A stretch of 64,000 bases of DNA from contig OZ231126.1 in NCBI GenBank assembly GCA_965153355.1, forward strand, positions 37,820,001 through 37,884,000, given 5' to 3'. Under the pieces are notes generated by a model, which was not told the DNA's origin, made no database searches, and was given only the letters and a program-made list of their open reading frames with translations. Made by a program: the position numbers and the translations under genes. Origin of the DNA: Flaccisagitta enflata. Taxonomy: Eukaryota. How positions within the stretch are numbered: position 1 is the first letter of the stretch; each line of letters begins with the position of its first letter. Of this stretch, positions 53,968 through 64,000 are shown piece after piece.

Positions 53968-55143
53968 AAAGAAGAAAGAAAGAAAGAAAAGCTGCATCAT
54001 GAATGTTGGGAAAAACAAAAAAGAAGGAAAAGAAAAAGAAAAAGAAAAAGAAAAAGAGAGCAAGAGAATGAGAGAAAGAGGTAGGCTGGGATTAAATTAA
54101 ATCGTCGTTTTTGGCGGGAAAGGTGAGAAAAAGATTGAACGAGGTTGTGAAGAAGTCGGATTGAAGAGGAAGAATTGATGAAGAAAGACTTGGTAGAGAA
54201 AGTGATGGAAATGCCGTGGATTCAATCCTGACCCTCATCCAATTTAAACCAAATTTATGTTGCAAAATCGTTTTCCTTAATTCGTTTTTTTTCTAACCAA
54301 ACCGTTTTTGGGTGACTAATTGCCGCCCCGTCTATCAGTATCCGATTAGTCCCAATTTCTAGCTGCGGATACGCAACTACATACGCGGCTTTGTAAGTCC
54401 TTTTATCCGTTGCTCCGTCGGTTTGTCGGTGAGCACAAGTCAAAGAGTGGAAAAACGAGCGTTCTAGAAGCTTTTCGTGTATGTCTGTGGCCCACACACA
54501 CATACACTGTGTGGGAGTGGGCGTGAAGTATGGATAGGGGCCCCCGTTCACCCATACGCAACGATTTTGTGACTCCGCGTCACTTGCGATTATCACCAAT
54601 TTATATGATCTTCTTCCTCCGACGGTCTATCTGTCCGTCGATATGATCATTTCAAAACCGCGGTTCGTTATTTTGATACACCGTCTTTAGAGTTTAGATT
54701 GGACTAAGTCATGTTCAACCTTTACAACTTAATAACTACTCGGCCAACAGTGTTTAGATTTTCAGTGTGAACTAGTTACAAGCTGCGGTTTTGGTTTACA
54801 AAACCTCAGTGTTAAGGAATTGTATGTTTGAAGACAGCAAAAAATGAAACGAAATGCCATTTTGGGCCAAAATTAACGTAGCAATTTTCAGGTCTTTATT
54901 TGTCTTTATTTGCTCACTATTTCCCAACGAATGGAGCCAGTACCCTGGGATTGGTCTCAAACTAAAGATAACCACTAGTTCAGTAGTTTTTGAGTTATCA
55001 AGGTTTACAGTAACTCAGTCCGATCTAACGATGGTTTAATGTTACGAAAGTTGCACAACATTTCTACTCAACCCTACCTTACTTAAGGATGAGAGCCTTT
55101 GGAGCTCTCACTGGTGTTTAATGTCATAATGATGATGATTACA

Positions 55144-56297
55144 CACGGCGTCCAGGAATAAACCCTAGGTCGAAAAACATTGTCAAAACTCCTGACTTGG
55201 TGTAATATGTTATTTGATGCATTAGCTACAAGTTAAGAACAAAAATTTAAAAACTGGCTTGGAAATATTGAATTTATAGTCAAACAATAACAAAGAATAA
55301 GCATTTCTATGCATTTTTTTTACTAAAAAATGTATTCATAGCTTCAAAAAAAAAAAAAAAAAGAAGAAAATCTAAAAAGTGGGGCTACAGTTGCTGCACA
55401 TATGCGTTTCCCCTTTTTTCATTGTTTGGAGGGATGTTTTACAGATTAAAACAAACAAAAGCCATCAACCATTCTTTAATGACCTTTTTTCATGATTTTT
55501 TGCTATCATTAAGCTCTAATGTACAAAATATAAATCAAAACTAACTGGTAAAGATCCAAATATGTGTATTTTAACACTTATTGCATATTTTTTTTATAGT
55601 TTTCAAGTTTTTCAAAGTAGTTGGAATTGAAAAAAAAATCGTTTTTTTTTTTTTGCTGTTTCAAACTAATTTTTCAACTTTTATTTGTAAACTATTACTA
55701 CAAATTTGTTTCAAGAGGTAGAAGCAGTTGCATAGCAACTATTCCCACACTACAGATTTTTTTGAAAATCATATACTGTATTTCCTCTTATTAACGCCCC
55801 TCCTCTAATTAGCGCCCCCCCCCCTCTTTTGATAAAATTCTCATCTCAACTTTACTTCTCTATTTATTCAAAATTGTCAAATTCATAGTTTTTCATTGTT
55901 TTTTACCTTTCTAACTTTCCAAGTGGATTTTTGTGTTGAAATCACATCTTTTTATCACTTCCTACTTTAAATCCTCTATTTCAATGTATTTTTAAGTATT
56001 TCATTCTTTATCTAACATAATACAAGGGGCGCTAAATAGGAGGTAAAACAGGCAATGTTATTTTTCAATTTTGTAAGCGCCCGGGCGCTTTTTAGAGGAA
56101 ATACGGTAATCACTTTTTTTTGCTATAAAAATGCATAAAAACACATATTTTTTGCTATTTTTTGTCTGTAAATGCAATATTTCCTAACCATTTTTTTATA
56201 CTTTTAAATTTGGAGCTTATGCATTAATTAACACATTTCACCTAGCCAGGAGTCAACAATTTTTTTTTCAACCAAGGGTTTATTCCTGGACGCCGTG
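55144..56297. mobile_element. Tc1/mariner-type non-autonomous element with long imperfect TIRs
   Basis: CACGGCGTCCAGGAATAAACCCT ... AGGGTTTATTCCTGGACGCCGTG|TA. The inverted similarity continues for about 190 bp and beyond. The left flank is CA rather than TA. Confidence 0.85.
55776..56106. mobile_element. Nested pogo/Tc1-type MITE
   Basis: TA|CTGTATTTCCTCTTATTAACGCCC ... GGGCGCTTTTTAGAGGAAATACGG|TA. Confidence 0.85.
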
Positions 56298-56355
56298 TAC
56301 ACGAAGAGCCATTCCATTCTCCACTCGATGATTGCTGTTTGTCCATGCTGCAGTA

Positions 56356-56467
56356 GCCGCCAGATGTCGCCATTTTTTGCCGCTGCTGCGGTGTTGCTTT
56401 CTCCGTCGCTTCCTCCGTGACTTTATCCAGAGAATCAAGATTGTTTATGATTCTTTGGAGGGTAAGT
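56356..56467 (+). promoter_or_regulatory. CTCF-like/YY1-like site followed by a consensus splice donor (possible first exon)
   Basis: GCCGCCAGATGTCGCCA overlaps CGCCATTTT, in CpG-rich sequence, with GG|GTAAGT at 56461/56462. Confidence 0.3.
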
Positions 56468-56690
56468 GAGGTCCTTTTCCCCCTCCGGCGATGACGTGGA
56501 GGACGAAGAAAATGAAAACGAATGACAGAAAGTCGGTGAAGCGGGAGAGTGTATGTGGCCTGGTTCGCCGGTCGCCATCCGCGCGACCCCATATCATGAT
56601 TATATATACAATCAGTAATACAAAATCAGCCGACGGGAAGGAAACACGTTATAACTTTGGTGAGGAGGAACTGTGGTTTCTATGGTCTTC

Positions 56691-56891
<201 letters not shown>

Positions 56892-57212
56892 CTCTTTAAC
56901 CGCTGATCATAAAGTTCTACTTCCCTTTCTTAAAAGTAACATTTTACGCCATTTCAAACTTGGGTTGTTTCGGTAGTTCATAATGAGGTTGCTAACGACC
57001 ACTTTTCTCTCAAAGAACGCAGATGATCTAAAAGGGGAGAATGAGACGGTGATAGACGAGTTTTCATCATATGAAGGCAGACGACTATCATCAAGTCCAC
57101 CCAATGTTGTCACATTTAGTGACTTCTTGTCACATCTGCTCAGATTTGGTATCAAATGAGTTGTGGATCTGTGCCCCTCACTACACTCTAGGATAAGGAG
57201 TATGAAGTTATG

Positions 57213-58729
57213 TAGTCCAGTCCCTAAAAGGAATAAAAGCACAGATCTTGGCGACTTTGGAGCAAAGCCTGAAAATTTGCATACAGGGTCAGTTTTTTGT
57301 GCTGAAGAAGACTAGATGGGGTACATGTCTGATTTTTTAGTGTACCCCAAAAAAAAAACGTGTTTTTTTCCAAAAAAATAACTTTGAAGTTGCACTGACG
57401 CCAAACAAATTGACCGATTGTTATAAAATTTTAGGTGAAGAAAATTATGCCTTTTTTCTACTTGCATGCAAAATTTCAGCAAAATCGGTTCCGTAGAAGC
57501 GGAGATATTGCTGTTTAAAGTCTAGACCTATTTTCAAAAAAAGGGTTATGTTTCAATTTTGGGGTAAAATTTAGGTTTTTTGAGCTATAAGTCGGAAATT
57601 GTTTTCAAACATTGACTTTACCCTAATTGACCTAAAAAGCAAAAAAATTTTTTAAAAATTTGGTGGTTTTTTCATTTTTTGGCTAAAAAATAAAAAAAAA
57701 TTGAGTTTCAAAATGTAGGCGTGGTCTTCAAAAAGGGCTAGTTCAAGGAAAATATCAAAATTAATGGTGCTTACTTAATGAATCTGTTGCCATTAAGTGC
57801 ACCAACTTATTTCCAAAATTTCAAAGGGGTACACTAACTCAAAAAAACAAAAAAACATTTCAAAGTCTAAAGAAAAAATACCAAAAATTAGCATTTTTTT
57901 ACCCTCTTTGATATTTGAAAAAACTCAAAGTTTGATTATAAAGCTGAAATTTGGCTCAGATACGCCCCTTACATATAGAGACTGGTATACAAAACTTTAG
58001 GCAAATTGCTTGAAGCGTTTGGCCATAGCATAACCAAATATCCCAGGAAGTCCAAAAATGCAAGATTTTGGGATCTTTTTTTTCTAAACTTTGAAATGAT
58101 TTTTTGTCTTTTTGGGTTGACGAACCCCTCTGAAAGTTTGGGAATAAGTTAGTACACTTGATGACAATTGATTCCCCTAGTGGGCGCCAATAATTTCAAT
58201 GTTGTCCTAGAACTAGCCTTTTTCAAAAATCAGGCCTGAATTCTGAAACTCAATTTTTTGTTTTTTTGGGCAAAAATATAGAAAAAACATGGAATTTTTT
58301 CAATTTCTTTTGTTTTTAGAGTAAATTGGGGTAAAATAAATAATCAAAACTAATATCACACTTCTAGCTCAAAAAACCAAAATTTTACCCAAGAATTGAA
58401 ACATAGCCCTATTTTTGAAAATAGGCCTCCACTTTAAACGGCAATATCTCCGCTTCTACTTGACCGATTTTGCTGAAATTTTGCATGCAAGTAGAAAAAA
58501 AGGCATATTTTCTTTCACCTAAAATTTTATAGTCATTGGTCAATTAGTTTGGCGTCAGCGCCACTTCAAAGTGTTTTTTTGGGGAAAAAATGTGTTTTTT
58601 AACGGGGTACACTAAAAAATCAGATGTGTACCCCGTCCAGTCTTGTTCAGCACGAAAAACTGACCCTGTATGCAAATTTTCAGGCTTTGCTCCAAATTCG
58701 CCGAGTCCTTTTCTTTAAATCCTGGACTA
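57213..58729. mobile_element. Academ-like non-autonomous foldback element (~700-bp inverted arms, 3-bp TSD ATG)
   Basis: ATG|TAGTCCAG ... CTGGACTA|ATG. The arms match in blocks such as TTGGAGCAAAGCCTGAAAATTTGCATACAGGGTCAG and TTTTTTCTACTTGCATGCAAAATTTCAGCAAAATCGGT. The spacer is about 57916-58037. Confidence 0.85.
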
Positions 58730-59063
58730 ATGGGAACATCGATGAACCTGTAGAGGTTCTACTATCTTCACAAATAAAATCTTCCCACCTCAAAACAAGC
58801 ATATACTTTGAAAATATGCTGCTCCTAGACATACAAAGCGACTGACCCCAGTATGGTCCCATCTTAAAGAGTTTTAACAACCAACCAATCTGGTTGTTAT
58901 AGCTTTAAGGAGCTCTCTTCCAAAGTTGATGGTAATTGTTGGGTGAAAAGATTTTTTTTGTGAAGATTGCATTATGACTCATTTCTCTATAGATAACATG
59001 TGGGACACTATTTCTCTTGGTAATGTTTTTCGTTAGGAGTTTTTAGATATGCGATAGTCCGAG

Positions 59064-59172
<109 letters not shown>

Positions 59173-59330
59173 GCCGTATACACGGCAGCATTAGTCGCGG
59201 ACGGGTGGGCAGGAGCGGAAAACCTCAAAAAACAATTTTTGTTGGAAGGACAGATGGACAGATGGACGGATGGACGAACGGACGGACGGACCAAAAAGTG
59301 GCTTATAGAGTCGCGTGTCTGCGACTAAAA
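59173..59330 (-). mobile_element. HINE-like element abutting (GTT)n
   Basis: GCCGTATACACGGC hairpin, AGTCGCGGACGGGTGGGC, and AGTCGCGTGTCTGCGACTAAAA. Confidence 0.8.
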
Positions 59331-59886
59331 ACCTAAACGAGAAGGTAGATCTCAAGAAGTAATTGGGAACTCTTAAAGCAATGAGCATTTTACTCGATGG
59401 GCTTTCTATGGAATTGCCGCATAAGAAGAGAGCGTTTCAGGAGACGACGATCGCACAGTTGGAAAACGAAACACCCTCTTGAGACAGAAAGAAACTCTTT
59501 TAGATGGTGAAAAGTGGAAAAGAAAAAAACAAAAGCAAATGACAAAATGAGACAAAGAGAGAGAAAGAGAGAGAAAAAGAGAGAGAGAGGGTTACAAACA
59601 AATATGCATACTGACAAACCAATTCAGACACGCGGAAGTTTCAGGCAGGGAGACAGATACTCAGAACCGTAAGGAAACTGAGATCATGAGAGAACAAAAA
59701 ACAAAAAATGAGACACAAGGAGAGCGAGTTACAGTGGCTCTAACACACTGACAAAAGGAGGAAAAATACAGACATGGAATTTTCAAATGAGAAAGTTGAG
59801 ACAAGAAAAAGTGAAGAAGGAAAAAAAAAAGGAAAGATGGCTGGTAAGTGAACAATAAGCGAAGGCGGTAAAGTATGGTAATGTGT

Positions 59887-59924
<38 letters not shown>

Positions 59925-60130
59925 TGGTTTGAAAGAAGGAAGAGAGCCTGCCAGCCACTTCTAGACAGAAATTAGTGAGACAGAGACAGACACGTTCATT
60001 GACAGTGACAGACTGAGGGAGAGATTTGAGCTGCTGGCGAGAAGAAGGGAAGAATGGAAGGCGTGGACGTAAGGCGTTGGCGGGTGTGGCAGAGGCGGCA
60101 ACGAGGGCGGGAAGAACTTGATGAAGGAAG

Positions 60131-60193
<63 letters not shown>

Positions 60194-60297
60194 AAAGTGT
60201 CGGGGCGGCTTTGGACATCTCGATGATGAGTTCATTTGTTGATGAAGAAGATTGAAGTCGTAGACGCATCTTGTTACACCTTTCTCTTTCTCTCTCT

Positions 60298-60396
<99 letters not shown>

Positions 60397-61165
60397 GGCT
60401 CCACTTTCATCACAATGAAAGCATCCAACGAGCTGCCGGCTGCCGCTTAGCTTTAGCGCCAGCAAAAGAGAGAGCGCAAGATACAGAAAGACACTCTTTC
60501 ATTGCTTGGATGATTATAGGGAATTCCCACATCTACCTGAGAGCTATGGCGAAATGAGAATCTAGATGTAAAGAGATAGGCAGCCAACATGATTGTCTTT
60601 GATGTTTCAAAAAAAATTGTTTGCACTTGTTACTGATACACCTAAGTATGATTTGAAGTACAATAAAAACCGTACCACGCAAGCGCCGTACCGAGCAGAC
60701 AGACAGCATATCACAGCATATCCCAGCAAAACTTCGACTAAAATGTCTTTGAATTTCATGGAGTTCAATCCAGCCTTTAACCTTCAAACTGATTTCACGA
60801 GAGAAACTCTTCCTACTGATTTCGAAACAACCGGCTATCCTAGTCAGTAACTTTGTGTATTTGATCATATCCTCGCAAATGATTAATGACTGAAAAGCGG
60901 TAAAACTATCTTTTAAAGAATGTCCACTGTTGTTCCACAGCCATCTATCAAGACTTCCAATGTGTTGTCAGTCTCAGAGCGTGAAATTACCAAGCATTAG
61001 CCTTTAACACCTTTTTCATGATGAATGAATCATGGAAAACATATTTAATATTGATAGAAGAATCAATTTCCTTCGCTAATCAATGACATTTAAAGAAAGT
61101 GAGTGAGAGAACGAGAGGGTGATGTCATTTACCTACAAATAAGTGTTTATCGTCAATGATTAAAT

Positions 61166-61224
61166 GGCTATTCATGATAAAAACTCACTCCATGGCATGG
61201 AGCGAGTTGTTATCATGAATAGTC
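61166..61224. repeat. Near-perfect ~59-bp palindrome
   Basis: CTATTCATGATAAAAACTCACTCCATG-G-CATGGAGCGAGTTGTTATCATGAATAG (27-bp arms, 2 mismatches). Confidence 0.9.
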
Positions 61225-61528
61225 AGTCCATGCTGAATATACGGATAGTACTTAAAGAAGCATCTCTCAGTCATTACCGTGCGGCAAAGTCTGCGGCAAA
61301 GTCTGCGGCAAAGTCTGCGGCAAGTCCTTCTGTCACCCTCCCACTTTTTTAAAGCAATTGCACATTTTCTCAAGGGGCTAAAAAAAAGAACTTTGTCGTC
61401 ACACACCAAGCACTCCTTGCTCAAGAACTGTGGACCAACGAACGCACAAGAAAACCAACGAACAGGCCAATGGACGCATCCAAAACGGGACAGAAGAAAA
61501 AAGAAAGAAAGTTGTATGAGGAGTACAG

Positions 61529-61662
61529 TTTTTTTGGGTGCGACAAAGCACCTCTATAAATGACTGTGTCCGTTGGTTGGTTGGTCTGTTGGTCGGTCGG
61601 TCGGGTAACGCATTCGTTCGACGATCCACACGTCGCACCTTATTGGCCTACTTGGCCTTGTT
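61529..61662 (+). mobile_element. HINE-like element (GGTGC subfamily)
   Basis: TTTTTGGGTGCGACAAAGCACC, (GTTG/GTCG)n, GTCGCACC, GGCCTACTTGGCC hairpin, TTGTT. Confidence 0.85.
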
Positions 61663-61779
61663 TTCTCACTTTTAAGCTTCTGTATACTCACTGATGAAAA
61701 GTAAAATTATTCGAGACAGGGACTTACATATGGACAGGGAGTTTAACGTACAGACATAGAGGACAGAGAAAAATAGAAG

Positions 61780-61942
61780 AACAAGGCCGGATACACGGCA
61801 ATCCAGTCGCGGACGGTTGGGCAGGAGCAGTAATGCGAATACCGCTCGGAATTCAAAAATGTGACGGACGGATCTACCAACCTACCGACCGACCTACCGA
61901 CCGACACGGCTAGGTGTAGAGTCGCGTGCCCGCGACTGAAAA
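61780..61942 (-). mobile_element. HINE-like element (GTCGCGGAC subfamily)
   Basis: Reverse-complement homologue of 32855-33005. Confidence 0.85.
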
Positions 61943-62332
61943 TGAGCAATGGAAGTGATAAGCTAAAGAGTCAGAGAAGGTATACGTGGAAGTTCCTCGG
62001 TGTTTACGTCGCGGTTTGCTTCCAGTCTTGCAGCCGCAATCCAATATGTTTATGGAATCCGTCTCTGTTTTTTCCTTAGAGAGAATTTCTGTCTCTCATC
62101 GACACAAAATAATCTTCCTCTTCAGTTTCTCCGCAGAGTTGCCGAGTTTTATTTCTCTTTACTTCCAACTCTTTCTTTCCTTCTTCATTCATGCACGCAA
62201 TCACACACATAAACACACTCAAACAAAAAGACATTGAGAAAAACACACATGCAAGGAAGATTAAATGTGAATTCACAGACATACAACACACAGACAAAGA
62301 CAAAGACAGAGACAGAAACACAGTTACATACA

Positions 62333-62410
<78 letters not shown>

Positions 62411-63308
62411 AAACAAACAAACAAGAACAAAAGCATAAAATGTTAGATGCGTTAGATGATGAGACGCTCGCTTATATAAGCACGCACGGTACGCTGAGGT
62501 CTGAGGAGATCACACATTTTTTTCCATGAGGGATCTAGGTCGTATTTCAATAGGGTGATAAATTCTTTAAAATTTCAGAACTGTGGAAGCTTCTACCCTT
62601 CACCTCATGCTCAATTGTGAGTCCAGATTTTGATTCCTCTTAAAAAACTTAGTAAGATGCATGTTTTTTCAAGATTTGAAAAAGCATAAAAACCTTTAGA
62701 AAATACACCATTTAAAAAAAAAAAAAAACTATTTTTGAAGCAGTTTTTTAAATTTTTGACTTGTTGTTATTCACGAACAGACGGATGGACGGACTGACCG
62801 GCCGCCATGGCAAGTTTTAGAGTTGCGTGTTTGCGACTGAAAATAGTGTATTCTCCTCAGCGTGCACGCTGCATTGAATGACGGGGATCTCGAAAGACGG
62901 TAGTAGTTAATTGGAATAGCAAGGACGCAGATAAAATTGTTTCCTTGTCACTAAACATAGATTTATATAGAATGCATTTTCAAAAAGTTAAGATCCTTTG
63001 CTAAAAGTTTTCCTTGCATTGCAAATTGCATGCATTTTAACCAAATTCCTAAGGATTGTTTCTGTTTGGCGGCCGTTTCCTCTTTCATCCTTATGAGGCT
63101 TATTTTCTTTTTCCTTCCTTCTTTTCTTTTTTCAAAATCGTTCTATAGACCTGGTTTTTGTTGTTGTCATTGTTGTTGTTGTCATTGTTGTTGTTATATT
63201 TTTTTTCTTTCTTTGCCTTTTGTTTTATTCTCAGTTCTTTCCCACTTACCTCAAATGGAATTACTTAACGTAATGGACCCTTCGCCATCGTAGGCGTCCT
63301 CGTTGTTT

Positions 63309-63344
<36 letters not shown>

Positions 63345-63494
63345 TTGGCTACTGGCGAAATGGCGCACGATATGACAATGACCATGTAGTTAAAATGCCT
63401 TAACAATCACTTTCCTTCTCTCGCTCAGTTTCTCTATTCCTCCTCTTTCTACTGATTCTTTCTTCTGTGTCTGTATATGTTTCTGACAGCGACA

Positions 63495-63754
63495 CTTTTT
63501 TTTCTTCTTCTTCTTTCCTTTTTCCTATTTCTTCTTTTCTTTTTTCTCCTTTCTCTTTTCTCTTTTCTCTTTTCTTATTTCTTTTTTCTCTTTTCTCTTT
63601 TTTTTATTTCTTTTTTCGTTTTTCCTTTTTTTCTTTTTTTCTTTTTTCTGTTTTTCTGTTTTTTGTTTTTGTTTTTCCTTTTTCCTTTTTCCCTTTTTTC
63701 TGTTTCCTCTTTTCTCTTTTTCTTTTTTCTTTTTTCTTTTTCCTTATTTTTCCT

Positions 63755-63787
<33 letters not shown>

Positions 63788-63947
63788 ATCTTTTCTATTT
63801 TCTCTTTTCTCTGTTTTCTTTTTTCTTTTTTCTTTTTTCTTTTTTCTGTTTTCTGTTTTCTGTTTTCTTTTTTCTTTTTTCTTTTTTCTTTTTTTCATGT
63901 TTCTTGTTTCTTATTTCTTGTTTCTTATTTCTTATTTCTTATTTCTT

Positions 63948-63982
<35 letters not shown>

Positions 63983-64000
63983 TCTTTTCTTTTTTCTTTT
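63495..64000. repeat. Polypyrimidine low-complexity tract with TTTTCT, TTATTTC and TTTTCCA units
   Basis: Directly visible. It is the source of the K/R/E-rich minus-strand ORFs. Confidence 0.95.

Noticed and set aside
60533..60868. Overlapping 85-111-aa ORFs in non-repetitive sequence
   Set aside because: No recognisable motif or exon boundaries. It may be a decayed TE, but I cannot support that without BLASTX.

Overview
This is repeat-saturated, AT-rich animal-type genomic DNA, either intergenic or inside very long introns. I recognise no protein-coding gene, RNA gene, CRISPR array or autonomous transposon ORF. Nearly all ORFs in the supplied track are artefacts of microsatellites ((CT/GA)n, (CA)n, (GAA)n, (CAA)n, (GAT)n, (CCA)n, (GACA)n). 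The dominant structure is roughly 30 short non-autonomous elements with Helentron/DINE-1 (HINE) architecture: T-run, 5' palindrome, (GTCN)n microsatellite, variable core, 3' inverted copy of the 5' motif, short hairpin, then CTTGTT. Their terminal motifs covary between subfamilies, and several copies carry internal tandem arrays, one of about 1.8 kb. Also present are two copies of a canonical non-autonomous Helitron (A|TC...CTGG|T), a 1.5-kb near-palindromic Academ-like element with an ATG target duplication, several TA-flanked Tc1/mariner/pogo-type MITEs (one nested in another), a piggyBac-like MITE, and a TIR element carrying TTAGGG-like repeats inserted in a (CTT)n tract. Weaker inferred signals suggest hidden gene structure: an ETS-NRF1-YY1 motif cluster at about 36.8 kb, a CTCF/YY1-like site with a splice donor at about 56.4 kb, and several candidate exons, mostly on the minus strand. 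Family names are assigned from terminal structure only, with no database search. HINE strand is + when the T-run and palindrome come first on the top strand. Coordinates were read by eye, and degenerate boundaries are approximate.
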